57,437 nt of DNA from a virus (IMGVR_UViG_3300050033_000419:1-57437), one strand, 5' to 3'. Shown: positions 24,397-33,419, counted from the stretch's first letter. The notes: generated by a model not told the origin, from the letters alone. Numbers and translations: made by a program.

Positions 24397-24397
24397 T

Positions 24398-24862
24398 TCA
24401 TTTCACCCGGTTCTGTTTGATCCACTGCTGTAATTCGGCTGCGTCTTTCACGAGCAGGAATAACTCGCCCGCTTTCTCAGCCTCTAGTCGGAACTCGATC
24501 TGTTCGTCGCTCAGCTTGCCCACGGATGATTTGCATTCGATCCACACCGGGCAAGTCACAGGCATCTTCTGGCCATGTTCCATCCACTGCATATGGCTGG
24601 GCCCGCCAAACCAACTCGACGACGGAACTCGCAATGGATCAGGAAGAGGAACCATCACCTTGACGTGCATCAGAATGTCGGCGGTTCCCTCTTCCTGGCC
24701 CTTGATCATTCGACCTTTCCCGGTCTTGGGATTAGTCACGAAGGTCTTCCCGGAGTTCATCCGGTAGTAGCGGATCCGCTCTGCATCAAGTAGGTCGGTG
24801 CAGGCCCGCATCACTCCCTGCCGTCCGAGCTCGGGGATGTAGGCCGTCGCGCGCTTAGACAT
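24398..24862 (-). CDS. VRR-NUC / Holliday junction resolvase-like nuclease
   Basis: RMNSG...GTADIL...WIECKSSVGKLSDEQIEF. Confidence 0.85.
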   Translation of the reverse strand: MSKRATAYIPELGRQGVMRACTDLLDAERIRYYRMNSGKTFVTNPKTGKGRMIKGQEEGTADILMHVKVMVPLPDPLRVPSSSWFGGPSHMQWMEHGQKMPVTCPVWIECKSSVGKLSDEQIEFRLEAEKAGELFLLVKDAAELQQWIKQNRVK

Positions 24863-25691
24863 GCGCCTGCTCCACGCGCTTAAACTCGAGTACCCACACC
24901 AAAGGATTGCTGTTCCACGGGTGCTTCGTGCCGTTGATGGAATCCCAAAGCCGCGTATAGTCGTGGCGAGCAGTGAACTCGCCAGGGCCGAGAGCTTTGG
25001 CTAACTCCTTCTCTATTGGGCTGGCGTCGCTGATGAGAAAGTCGGCGACGTCCTTTCCGGTAACTCTCCCTGCGCGGCACCCTTCAGCAACCGCATCTTC
25101 TTCGCTGATTTTCTGTAATCGTTCCACGCGAGCCTTGGTGATCTCCAGCGTGATACGCGAAGCCCAGCGCGGCATAAAGATGCTCGGAATCCAGCCGTGC
25201 CAACCCTCTTCAGGGTGAAGGTGTTGCTTCACGCAGTCACCCCCTGAGCAGACCGTTCGATACGGATAGGTCGGAGCGTCAGTCTGAAAGTGAACGCGCG
25301 GGTATTCCCCATCGGCGCGATAGATGACGCGGTATTCGACTGGCGGAGGACCGGGGATTCCAGCGCGGCCCTTGAGCGAGAACCGTACTTCTCCGACCTG
25401 AACCGGATGCACTTGTTCCCACGTCTCACGCACCCACAATCGATTGCCGGGAACACCATAAGGGCAATGGATACGCTCGCAGCGGCCAAAGTTCTGCATC
25501 TCCCGGTCGCATCTCGGCCAGCGCTCCAAAAGGAACTCTTCTTCTATCGGGCGAATGGTGGCGAGCGGCGAAGGGTAGCTAAGTTTCACGACTCTGCGCG
25601 TCTGAGTCTTTCGCCCTTCGAGGATGGCGCTCACCATCGATCCGCTGAACAGAATCGGCCTTTCCGTGACTACGAGCCCGGCGGTTGTCAT
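24855..25691 (-). CDS. ASCH/PUA-like phage protein
   Basis: ERPILFSGSMVSAILEGRKTQTRR, LWVRETW, PSIFMPRWASRITLEI, NPLVWVLEF. Confidence 0.85.
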   Translation of the reverse strand: MTTAGLVVTERPILFSGSMVSAILEGRKTQTRRVVKLSYPSPLATIRPIEEEFLLERWPRCDREMQNFGRCERIHCPYGVPGNRLWVRETWEQVHPVQVGEVRFSLKGRAGIPGPPPVEYRVIYRADGEYPRVHFQTDAPTYPYRTVCSGGDCVKQHLHPEEGWHGWIPSIFMPRWASRITLEITKARVERLQKISEEDAVAEGCRAGRVTGKDVADFLISDASPIEKELAKALGPGEFTARHDYTRLWDSINGTKHPWNSNPLVWVLEFKRVEQAHV

Positions 25692-25693
25692 AC

Positions 25694-26005
25694 CTACGCT
25701 CCCACCTTCTTGATCCACTGGTGCTCGAAGCGGAAATACTTCATCCCTTCGACTGGGATCGTTGGGCACCAATAAAGGCAAATCCCGGTGTCTGTAAGGC
25801 CGGTGTAAGGGTCGCGATATGCCTTCAAACTCTCGATAGCGAAGATCGGAGTGCAGAGTTCTTTCCGGCGCGGTGACCATTGAAAGCGCCACCAACCAAA
25901 CAGGGCGAAGATCAGCCGCGCGTAAACCGGCCATTTGTTGAAGCGGTCGCCGTAACGCCGGCCGAGCAGCCTTCCAATGAGAGGGGGTCTGTATAGCGCG
26001 CTCAC
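25694..26005 (-). CDS. Hypothetical protein
   Basis: GTG coupled to the Fis-like gene stop. Confidence 0.45.
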   Translation of the reverse strand: MSALYRPPLIGRLLGRRYGDRFNKWPVYARLIFALFGWWRFQWSPRRKELCTPIFAIESLKAYRDPYTGLTDTGICLYWCPTIPVEGMKYFRFEHQWIKKVGA

Positions 26006-26307
26006 GCTCCCACCTGGGCGCCTGCTCGAAACGGCGCGCACTCGATCGCCACCGAGTCCTGTTTCTTGCGCTGCGATTGCTTGAACTGCCGCGCGGAGAT
26101 CTGCAACTCGTTCATCGAACGCATCAAGGTGTTGCGGTGAATTCCAAGGACTCGAGACGCTTTGCCCAGATGGCCATCCGTATTCGCTAGCGCCACCTTG
26201 ATCGTTTCCGTCCGGACAATCGACTCCACCTGGCGCAGACTCAGCTTCGAGGCCTGCATCCGCTCCACCACCATCACCAGTAATTCCCTATCACTCAGTT
26301 GTTTCAT
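26002..26307 (-). CDS. Fis-like HTH_8 DNA-binding protein
   Basis: IKVALANTDGHLGKASRVLGIHRNTL; GGAGGAG SD. Confidence 0.85.
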   Translation of the reverse strand: MKQLSDRELLVMVVERMQASKLSLRQVESIVRTETIKVALANTDGHLGKASRVLGIHRNTLMRSMNELQISARQFKQSQRKKQDSVAIECAPFRAGAQVGA

Positions 26308-26455
26308 GGCTCCTCCACCAAACCTCGGCGTCGTACTTTTTCGGGTCGCGTTCACGTTCCAGTTCCTTCAAAAGCTTCCGCTGCTGCAGCCGGTACTCCA
26401 GCGACGTCAGGTTCTCGAAGCGTTCGTCCTCGAGGTCGGGGATTGGGTTAAACAC
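26291..26455 (-). CDS. Small hypothetical protein (54 aa)
   Basis: MFNPIPDLEDERFENL...; fills the gap after the initiator. Confidence 0.45.
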   Translation of the reverse strand: MFNPIPDLEDERFENLTSLEYRLQQRKLLKELERERDPKKYDAEVWWRSHETTE

Positions 26456-27551
26456 TCGCGGCCTCGACGAGTGATTCGGCTTTCACCGCTTTCACCACCA
26501 CGCCATCCAGTTCCGCATCGAGCCGTCGTAGAGCCGCCACTATCACGGCGCCGTACTTCTCGATCAGCACTGGGATCACTTCCTCGCTCGGAGCCAACAG
26601 CACCAGGTGGCCTTCGCGGGTCACGTACCCGGCACGCAGCGGCTTGATCCAGATCGCGAACGAGTGCGAATTGATTTCCTTCTCCAGTTCGTCCTGCACC
26701 TTGCGCCATAACCTGCCAACATCCTGCACAATGTGCCCTTCCCGCTCGCGTTGTCGCATCCACGCCTCTAGTACCTGGCCCATATCCACCGGTCTCGGCC
26801 GCACTGCCTCCACAGGTTTCGCCGGCGGATCGTGGGTGTTGCGCGGCGCGCGGTCCTGCTCGCGGTTCAGCCAGTTCACGCAGAACTTCAGCATCCCGCC
26901 ACGGGTCTTACGCTGTTTCGGATTCGCGTCGAGCCAGGCCGCCATGCTGCGCAACTGCTGGGCCACGTCGACGCCCGGGTAAAGCTCCTGCCAGTTACGC
27001 GCCTGTGCCTGGGCGATCGGGAAGTGTTTACCGTCGTTCTGGGCGAGTTTGATAGCGATGGGTTCCGGCGCCGGCGGCGAGTCGCTTGGCGGCTCGGCGC
27101 TAGGAATCAATGAATCAGGAATCAATGAATCAGGAATCAATGAATCAGGAATCAATGAATCAGGGGGATTTCCACGGAAGCACAACGTTGTGATCACGTT
27201 GGATTCACCGTTAGTTATCGGTGATGATGGAGGGGGTGGAATAACACCTTTCTTTTCCGTGTGATGAGGGCTCTGGTGTTTGGCGAAGTTGAGCACCGAA
27301 ATGTAGTTTTCCCCACCCAGGGAGTAGCGATGGATGAACTTCAGTTTTTCAAGTTCCGAGAGAAAACCGTCGATGTCCAGATTTTCACGGTAAGGGAAGA
27401 TCTCCGCCCGAAGGCGAAGCGGGCGGTCCTCGAGTCTTCCATCCCGGTCCGCCAAGCACCACAAACCCTGGAAGAGTAGGGTTAACAATGGGTCCCGTGT
27501 GCCCAGAACTTCGTTCTTAAACGTACCCGGTTTGATATTTCTCGCCCGCAT
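26448..27551 (-). CDS. Replication initiator with C-terminal DnaA domain-I-like region
   Basis: MRARNIKPG...LFQGLWCLADRDGRL...NFAKHQ; WQELYPGVDV...F..NWL; LWRKVQDELEKEINSHSFAIWIKPL. Confidence 0.82.
   Translation of the reverse strand: MRARNIKPGTFKNEVLGTRDPLLTLLFQGLWCLADRDGRLEDRPLRLRAEIFPYRENLDIDGFLSELEKLKFIHRYSLGGENYISVLNFAKHQSPHHTEKKGVIPPPPSSPITNGESNVITTLCFRGNPPDSLIPDSLIPDSLIPDSLIPSAEPPSDSPPAPEPIAIKLAQNDGKHFPIAQAQARNWQELYPGVDVAQQLRSMAAWLDANPKQRKTRGGMLKFCVNWLNREQDRAPRNTHDPPAKPVEAVRPRPVDMGQVLEAWMRQREREGHIVQDVGRLWRKVQDELEKEINSHSFAIWIKPLRAGYVTREGHLVLLAPSEEVIPVLIEKYGAVIVAALRRLDAELDGVVVKAVKAESLVEAASV
27102..27164. repeat. 4 x 15-bp tandem repeat in initiator (candidate iterons)
   Basis: (AGGAATCAATGAATC)4 encoding (DSLIP)4. 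Confidence 0.85.
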
Positions 27552-27600
27552 TCCTAGCCTCTGTCCCACTACCCGCGCCCTTGACGCGCGAGCCGCTGCA

Positions 27601-27855
27601 CTACGCTCTCGCCACCGGCTTCATCCCGGCAAGTTGCAGTCGATTCTGTTGCGTTTTATCGAAGAAGTCGGACGCGACAGCATCGCCGTGCACTTCCATA
27701 AATTTCACTTCTACCTTCGCCGACTCGATGAGCTGATGTGCTACCCCACAGATCGCCTTCGAGCGTTCAACCTCCATCGGTTTTTCGTCGTCCTTCAACT
27801 TCTCGAGGGTCTCGAATAAGTGGTTACGTAGGTCTTGCATCTTGTTCCTTGGCAT
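27601..27855 (-). CDS. Conserved phage protein accompanying HNH gene
   Basis: NKMQDLRNHLFETLEKLKD...ERSKAI...IESAKVE. Confidence 0.7.
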   Translation of the reverse strand: MPRNKMQDLRNHLFETLEKLKDDEKPMEVERSKAICGVAHQLIESAKVEVKFMEVHGDAVASDFFDKTQQNRLQLAGMKPVARA

Positions 27856-28681
27856 CGGGCCTCTCCCGTTTATTGATCTGGCGTTGCAATGCACCGACCG
27901 CCTGAATGGCGAGCGCGATATCTTTCGGGTAGCGATGGAGTGAATTACGCCGCATGTTGTCGACGAGTGTGATGAGCTCTAAATTCCCGATCACGCAGTT
28001 TGCACGGTTACCGTCTTTGAAAATCACGATGTGGCCGGCGGGAATGGGCCCGTTGTGCTGCTCCCAGATGTGGCGATTCAGCAGCGGCCAGATTTTCGTA
28101 TTGCCGAATCCCGTATTCTCTCCGGGGTGCCACTCACGAATCTTGATCCTCAGAAACCCATCGCCGTCCGGCCTGACCGTTCCAACCGGACACCAATTCT
28201 TCGCCGCGATACCTTGGCGCACGCCCGGCTTGAATTGAGTCTCAGCCATGCGGCCAGGAGCCCAACCAGGACGACGTAGGCCCTTGTTTGCGGGCACGTG
28301 ACCCTTTGGGTATCGGTAGGCTTTCCCGACGTTGTCGCCGCGCCGAAGGCGACAGGCGGCTTCACTTGCCAGGTATTCAGCCGTTTTCTTCAGCCCTATT
28401 TTGTCGGCATGTTGGTAAATGCCTGACACGGTACGCCCCAACTCGGCGGCGATTTTGGAAGTCTCGTGGTGCGGATACTGCTCGCGCACAATTGCCAATT
28501 CCTCGGCGCTCCACGGCTTGCGCGTGTCCCGCTTTACGCGGAGAACCTTCGCTCGGCTTTTGATTGCGATGGCGGATCGCCCGAGAGACTTTCCGAGTTC
28601 TTCCGGCGTGACCTTCGCGTACATCTCGCGCAGGATGGCCTCGTCTTGCGGCGTCCACGCGCGGCCTACCACTACCGTCAT
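27824..28681 (-). CDS. HNH endonuclease with N-terminal Myb/HTH-like repeats
   Basis: WTPQDEAILRE / WSAEELAIVRE; IWEQHNGPIPAGHIVIFKDGNRANC..NLELI. Confidence 0.88.
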   Translation of the reverse strand: MTVVVGRAWTPQDEAILREMYAKVTPEELGKSLGRSAIAIKSRAKVLRVKRDTRKPWSAEELAIVREQYPHHETSKIAAELGRTVSGIYQHADKIGLKKTAEYLASEAACRLRRGDNVGKAYRYPKGHVPANKGLRRPGWAPGRMAETQFKPGVRQGIAAKNWCPVGTVRPDGDGFLRIKIREWHPGENTGFGNTKIWPLLNRHIWEQHNGPIPAGHIVIFKDGNRANCVIGNLELITLVDNMRRNSLHRYPKDIALAIQAVGALQRQINKRERPDAKEQDARPT

Positions 28682-28851
28682 GCGCTCACCGCCCGGTTGC
28701 TCGCCGCGTGGTGCTCGTCATAAAGCAATTCATGGAGTTCGGTGAGCGTGTCCATCTCGCCGACCATGTCGGACGTAGTGCGATTCGGATGCCGCCGGAT
28801 TTCTCCCAGAAGGTCCATGCAGGCGGTGATCTGGCGAAGGCGGTCGTTCAT
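28678..28851 (-). CDS. Small hypothetical protein (57 aa)
   Basis: GGAGG SD; ATGA coupling on both sides. Confidence 0.55.
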   Translation of the reverse strand: MNDRLRQITACMDLLGEIRRHPNRTTSDMVGEMDTLTELHELLYDEHHAASNRAVSA

Positions 28852-29108
28852 CGCTTATCCTCCTGTTTGTCCCAAGGCAGGCGCGCCTGGTTGTGAGTTG
28901 GGCAATGGTCCTTGTCCTGGCCCACTTCCGTTGAGCAGCGATCGCACATCTTCCGGTCGCAGGTTCTTCCGCCGCCAAAGCCGTAATCGCACAGCTTGGT
29001 GTGTGGGCGCATGTGGCAGAAGCTGCAGGGTGCAGGCCTTGCTTGGCGTCCACGTCCGCAAGCGATCGCGAAGTCTCCGTTACCGAGGTTGACTTTTTCG
29101 CAGCTCAC
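28848..29108 (-). CDS. Cys-rich zinc-finger protein
   Basis: CSFC...LCDY...TCDRKMCDRC...DHCPTH. Confidence 0.7.
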   Translation of the reverse strand: MSCEKVNLGNGDFAIACGRGRQARPAPCSFCHMRPHTKLCDYGFGGGRTCDRKMCDRCSTEVGQDKDHCPTHNQARLPWDKQEDKR

Positions 29109-30571
29109 CCGCGGGCCCCCGCCGGATACTGGCGAACTCGGAAGCGCTCCGGCCATTCCGAAGCGTCTCCACCCTTGCGGCTCTCAAGGCCAAGAGTTGT
29201 GATTGTTTCGGTCCTCTGGCCACGCTTACCGGATGGGATTGGCGGATCGTGCTTAACAATCTGGACGACGACCGGCATCGCTCCAAGCTGTTTCACAAAA
29301 CAGGCAACCGAAGCGGCCTTGCATTGCTCGATGATTGACTCGATCCATTTAAGTTCGCAGTGGCGCGCGCCCGGACCACTCTCTCCGCCAATTACGCACC
29401 ACGAGAGTTCGCCCACAGCTGGCCTCGGGCGATCTTCGACACCGTCCTGTCCGAAACCCCGAAGTCCTTCGCGATGACCAACAATCTCTCTCCCAACGCC
29501 CGCCTCGTCCGGATCTGCGCTACGTCTGAGTTCGTCAATTTCGCCATCGAGTTTGCCACGCCCGCCTGATTGCAGGCGTGTCCAACCTTCAACACTCTCG
29601 TGGCGTGAATCTGTTGCTCTGTATACGTCGCCAGCATGAGATTGTCGGGATGGTTGTGCATCTTCTTCCCGTCTTCGTGGTTCACTGTCAATCCGGGAGG
29701 AATCGCTTTCTTGAAGTGTCTGTAAACCAACCTGTGAGCTGCTACATGAACCCGAACTCCGTTGATCATTACTCGAACTTGAAGATAATTGCCGAACGGT
29801 CTTTCCGCGCGGACGCGTTTGCAGGGACGGCTCACTACTTCCTTCTTCCATCTGTCCCATCCGCGCTTGCGTATCCGCCATATCGTTCCGTCCATCTCTA
29901 TCGCCAAATCGCCGTTCAAAACCGCTTGATAGGCGAACTCCTCGTTCCCGGTCGGTTTCATTTATCCACCTCGTCAGGTCTATTGGGCCGAGTAACGGCT
30001 CGGCGCTAATCCATCGCACCGCCGCCGGTGTTTGCAAGAGCAGCGGGATCCGCTCGTCAGCGCGCGGCTGATCTTCCACACTCACACCCAGCCACACGTT
30101 CTTGAGCGGCATCACCGGCGCGAATGGCGACATGCCGGTCACCTTGCTCATCACCGACTTGATGCGGGTGGGCAGGAGCGGATCCTGTAAGTAGGTCATC
30201 ATCCGCTCGGCCCGTTTCGTCAGGATCTGGTAGGTGTGCCAGTTCGCCACTGCCATCACAGCGAACATGCGATCGATAAACTTGTCCGGGACGCCATCGT
30301 GAAAGAGGTCGCTCATCGAGTTCACGAAGATACGTTGCGGCTTACGCCATTCGATCGGCTCGCGCAGCTTCTCTTCCACCAGCCTGATCTTCCCTGTCCA
30401 TTGCGGATGTCCGTTGGTGCTTTTTACCAGGCCTGCATAGGAGCCGCCCGGGCGGGAGTGACGGATCGCTTGGCGCTCGGCGTAGCAGTTCGCACAGCCA
30501 GGACTGACCCGCGTGCAGCCTCGCACCGCGTTCCACACCTTGTCGCACCATTCGATCTTTGAGTCTGCCAT
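29105..30571 (-). CDS. Gp37/Gp68 family (DUF5131, radical-SAM-like) protein with ~190-aa insertion
   Basis: SKIEWCD, GCTRVSPGCANCYA, IFVNSMSDLFH, ILTKR, ISAEPLLG...VIGGESG...FVKQLG. Confidence 0.92.
   Translation of the reverse strand: MADSKIEWCDKVWNAVRGCTRVSPGCANCYAERQAIRHSRPGGSYAGLVKSTNGHPQWTGKIRLVEEKLREPIEWRKPQRIFVNSMSDLFHDGVPDKFIDRMFAVMAVANWHTYQILTKRAERMMTYLQDPLLPTRIKSVMSKVTGMSPFAPVMPLKNVWLGVSVEDQPRADERIPLLLQTPAAVRWISAEPLLGPIDLTRWINETDRERGVRLSSGFERRFGDRDGRNDMADTQARMGQMEEGSSEPSLQTRPRGKTVRQLSSSSSNDQRSSGSCSSSQVGLQTLQESDSSRIDSEPRRREEDAQPSRQSHAGDVYRATDSRHESVEGWTRLQSGGRGKLDGEIDELRRSADPDEAGVGREIVGHREGLRGFGQDGVEDRPRPAVGELSWCVIGGESGPGARHCELKWIESIIEQCKAASVACFVKQLGAMPVVVQIVKHDPPIPSGKRGQRTETITTLGLESRKGGDASEWPERFRVRQYPAGARG
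29392..29961 (-). CDS. HNH homing endonuclease nested in the +1 frame of the DUF5131 gene
   Basis: GAGGTG SD; AHRLVYRHF...VNHEDGKKMHNHPDNL; C-terminal AKLTNSDVAQIR...IAKDFGVS HTH. Confidence 0.88.
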   Translation of the reverse strand: MKPTGNEEFAYQAVLNGDLAIEMDGTIWRIRKRGWDRWKKEVVSRPCKRVRAERPFGNYLQVRVMINGVRVHVAAHRLVYRHFKKAIPPGLTVNHEDGKKMHNHPDNLMLATYTEQQIHATRVLKVGHACNQAGVANSMAKLTNSDVAQIRTRRALGERLLVIAKDFGVSDRTVSKIARGQLWANSRGA

Positions 30572-30651
30572 CTCTCGCCTCAAGTACTGCAGAACTTCAA
30601 AAGTGGGGCGGTCCGGAGGAGCCGCCCCGTTTGGGGGAACAACAGCAACGA

Positions 30652-31041
30652 TTAAGTAGTCGGCGGGGTCGCGGAAGCTGCTGCGGTCGACGGCGGGTTG
30701 ACCGTCTGGTCTTCCGTGGTCAGCGAAGCATTCGCGGTAGTGACGGCCGTCTGGATTGAGGTGACCGATGCCGCGAGCTGATCGAGCTGCGCCTGGGTAA
30801 CGGGCGTGCCGGCGGCGATCTGCGCCTTAAGCGCGGCGATCTCGGCGTTCACGTCGGCCGAGAGCGTGGCGATCTCGGCGTTGGTTGCCTGCACCGCTGT
30901 GGTGAGGTCGGTGAGCTGCTGTGAGAGGGTTGCGAATGTGTTTCCTTGCGTTGCCATCATTTCCTCCAAGTGCATTACGTGTGCGAGCAGATGAGCTTCG
31001 AACGCCATCTCTCGGTGATCGGGGTGAGAGCAGCCAAACAT
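30652..31041 (-). CDS. Coiled-coil Ala/Thr-rich protein
   Basis: GGAGG SD; heptad pattern; followed by a GC hairpin. Confidence 0.65.
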   Translation of the reverse strand: MFGCSHPDHREMAFEAHLLAHVMHLEEMMATQGNTFATLSQQLTDLTTAVQATNAEIATLSADVNAEIAALKAQIAAGTPVTQAQLDQLAASVTSIQTAVTTANASLTTEDQTVNPPSTAAASATPPTT

Positions 31042-31049
31042 GCCGCCTC

Positions 31050-31514
31050 CTATGGGGTTGGACCTAAATCTGCTGCTATAGCCGTTACGCGCTTACTGCC
31101 CTTCGCAGAGTTGCACCAGCGATGCATCGCCTGAATGTTGTCCTGGTGATCGTCTCGCCAGGCTCCCCCATTGCCGCGCGGATCGATGTGGTCCGGGACC
31201 ACGTCTGCAATGTTTTCGAACGGCTGGCCGCAGCCGCCCATCTCTGGATCGGGGCACAGTCCCTTCTGCTCCCGAATCTTGCGGTGCAGCAGTTTTTTCA
31301 TCTCGGCCTTGTTGCGAATCTCCCGGTAGCCGCGGGGATGATGCTCATCGTCGACCTTCGTGACCGGAGCCTTGAACTTTGGCGTCTTCGAGAAGCTGTT
31401 GATCTTCTTCGCGTCGCGGCCGCAGCAGTTGAATCTGCTATGGATCGGACAGCGTTCGTTTTTGCCCAGAGCTTTCATGCGTCCCCTAAGACTCCTGCGC
31501 GAGGGAGCGCGCAT
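31050..31514 (-). CDS. HNH endonuclease
   Basis: PDHIDPRGNGG...DNIQAMHRWCNSAKGSK. Confidence 0.85.
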   Translation of the reverse strand: MRAPSRRSLRGRMKALGKNERCPIHSRFNCCGRDAKKINSFSKTPKFKAPVTKVDDEHHPRGYREIRNKAEMKKLLHRKIREQKGLCPDPEMGGCGQPFENIADVVPDHIDPRGNGGAWRDDHQDNIQAMHRWCNSAKGSKRVTAIAADLGPTP

Positions 31515-32811
31515 ATTGCGCCCCGGTCAGGCCGAACGTTGAGGCAATCGCATTCATCGCCGTGAGCTTTTGCGGCGCTCCGAGATCGCCATCCGTTTGC
31601 AATGGACAAAGCTCAGGATGAACACGCAGGAAGTAGGACTTACGAGAACCGTCCGGCTCCTGGGTTGAGTTCAAGACCTTGACCATTACGAGCGGTTCAT
31701 CGTCGTGGATCTCGGTGCGATACAGCTCGCCGAACTCGTCTTCGTGAATCCGCTCAGCCTTGCTGTCGACGAGGTAACGCGCGATTCCGTAGCGATCGAG
31801 CATCACCCGGCGGACTTCGACGTTCTCTTCCTTCTGGATGTGCTCGACGGTGATGAATTCCGGACGCATGATCACAAACTCCGGAACCATGACGCCATGC
31901 CAGAAGTGAAGGTTCTCGATGTCGGAGTCGAGCGCCGGACCGGTCGCGTTGTGCAGGCGCTTGCCGGTGGCGGCTTCTTCAACGTGAACGGTCGGCTTTG
32001 CGAACCAATAGAGGGTGTCCTCGGTCCAGTGCAACACCCACGCGCCGGCGAGGAAGGCGTGGAAGATAGGCTCGGACCATTCCTCCACTTTGGCTTTACC
32101 GAGCTGGCGCGCACCGAGATAGGTCGTTGCCAGCAGCGACGCTTCGAATCTCCACCACCACCAGCCCGGCGACTGGATACACCATGCAGCAAAGCGCTGG
32201 ATGGCTTCGTTTTCGTCCATCGCGTCCCTCGCGTCCCTCGCGGCCATCGCGTCCCTCGCGTCCATCGCGTCCCTCGCGGCCCTCGCGTCCATCGCGTCCC
32301 TCGCGTCCCTCGCGGCCATCGCGTCCCTCGCGTCCATCGCGTCCATCGCGGCCATCGCGTCCCTCGCGTCCCTCGCGGCCATCGCGTCCCTCGCGTCCAT
32401 CGCGTCCATCGCGTCCATCGCGGCCATCGCGGCCATCGCGGCCCTCGCGGCCATCGCGTCCATCGCGGCCCTCGCGTCCATCGCGTCCATCGCGGCCCTC
32501 GCGGCCATCGCGTCCCTCGCGTCCATCGCGTCCCTCGCGTCCATCGCGGCCATCGCGGCCCTCGCGTCCATCGCGCGATTTCGCTTCGCGAAATCGGAGA
32601 GCACTGCTTCCACGTAGCGCTTCAATGAAGGGTGCTGCTCCAACTTCCAATCGGCACGAAGCCGCTCGATCTTTCTCTCGACACCGAGAGCTTTCAGGTA
32701 ACGGTCGAGGTGCAGTTCCACGGCTGCTTCATCGATCACGCCTGGATAAGTGCATGCCGCGGTGTACCGTGCCAGGTCTTCGCTTGCCTTCGTCGTCGCT
32801 ATGATTGCCAT
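31486..32811 (-). CDS. DUF6745 protein with internal tripeptide repeat
   Basis: RLHNATGPAL...FWHGV...ENVEVRRVM...VLNSTQEPDGSRKSYFLRVHP...AIASTFG. Confidence 0.85.
   Translation of the reverse strand: MAIIATTKASEDLARYTAACTYPGVIDEAAVELHLDRYLKALGVERKIERLRADWKLEQHPSLKRYVEAVLSDFAKRNRAMDARAAMAAMDARDAMDARDAMAARAAMDAMDARAAMDAMAARAAMAAMAAMDAMDAMDARDAMAARDARDAMAAMDAMDARDAMAARDARDAMDARAARDAMDARDAMAARDARDAMDENEAIQRFAAWCIQSPGWWWWRFEASLLATTYLGARQLGKAKVEEWSEPIFHAFLAGAWVLHWTEDTLYWFAKPTVHVEEAATGKRLHNATGPALDSDIENLHFWHGVMVPEFVIMRPEFITVEHIQKEENVEVRRVMLDRYGIARYLVDSKAERIHEDEFGELYRTEIHDDEPLVMVKVLNSTQEPDGSRKSYFLRVHPELCPLQTDGDLGAPQKLTAMNAIASTFGLTGAQYARSLAQES
32215..32575. repeat. ~40 tandem 9-bp units GCG-A(T/G)G-G(A/C)C (minus strand)
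   Basis: Units cgcgtccat / cgcgtccct / cgcggccat / cgcggccct. Confidence 0.97.
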
Positions 32812-32866
32812 TGGTTCCTCTGCCAGATCGAAATGAAAATGGTGGGCGGCACCACCGCCCACGCGG

Positions 32867-33181
32867 TTAATCCCTTACGTTGCGGATCTCTTCGGGCGCA
32901 TATTCGCGTTGTCTGGTGACTTCGTAGCTTCCGGGCGCCAGGGTGATGGGCGAATGTTCTTCGTGGATGATCCGGACTCCCTCATCACCCACCCTCAGAT
33001 AGAGACCGCCCTCGATCTCCAAAACCTCGGCGGCTTGTACGTCTTCCAGGCGGTGAATATGCCCGGTCGCTTCTCCTTCGAGAATGTGCCCGCTCGCACG
33101 GTTGGTGGCCTTTTGCTCCGGCAGGCCATCGATACGCCGGATGAGTACGTCCCCTTGTCGATACAATTCCAGTTTCTTCAT
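32867..33181 (-). CDS. Conserved partner of DUF6745 (RQGDV...GEATGH.H...HEEH)
   Basis: Signature motifs and adjacency. Confidence 0.8.
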   Translation of the reverse strand: MKKLELYRQGDVLIRRIDGLPEQKATNRASGHILEGEATGHIHRLEDVQAAEVLEIEGGLYLRVGDEGVRIIHEEHSPITLAPGSYEVTRQREYAPEEIRNVRD

Positions 33182-33185
33182 CGGT

Positions 33186-33419
33186 TTACCCCTGCACTCG
33201 AACGTTGCTTGCGATCGGACCGCGCGGCCCAGGCTTCACATCGAACGAGACCCGCTGTTCCGGTACCAACTCCCGGTATCCGTTCGAGCAGATCGCGGTG
33301 TAGTGCACAAACACTTCTTCCCGGTTGTCATGGCGGCGGATGAAGCCGTAACCCTTGATCGCGTTGAACGAGACCACCGTGCCGATTACGGCTTCCGCTG
33401 CTGTTTCGCTTGGTTGCAT
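33186..33419 (-). CDS. Cold-shock domain protein
   Basis: RNP1 KGYGFI, RNP2 VFVHY, GPRGPIASNV. Confidence 0.9.
   Translation of the reverse strand: MQPSETAAEAVIGTVVSFNAIKGYGFIRRHDNREEVFVHYTAICSNGYRELVPEQRVSFDVKPGPRGPIASNVRVQG

Noticed and set aside
29392-29961. Group I intron or intein in DUF5131
   Set aside because: There is no room for a ribozyme core outside the HNH ORF, no intein C/S...HN termini, and the host frame is continuous.
32215-32575. CRISPR array or DGR variable region
   Set aside because: There are no unique spacers, cas genes, reverse transcriptase or adenine-specific TR/VR pair in the window.
31705-32804. Long alternative-frame and antisense ORFs (RPS, GRD, ASI repeats)
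   Set aside because: They are by-products of the stop-free 9-bp array; only the DUF6745 frame has conserved flanks.
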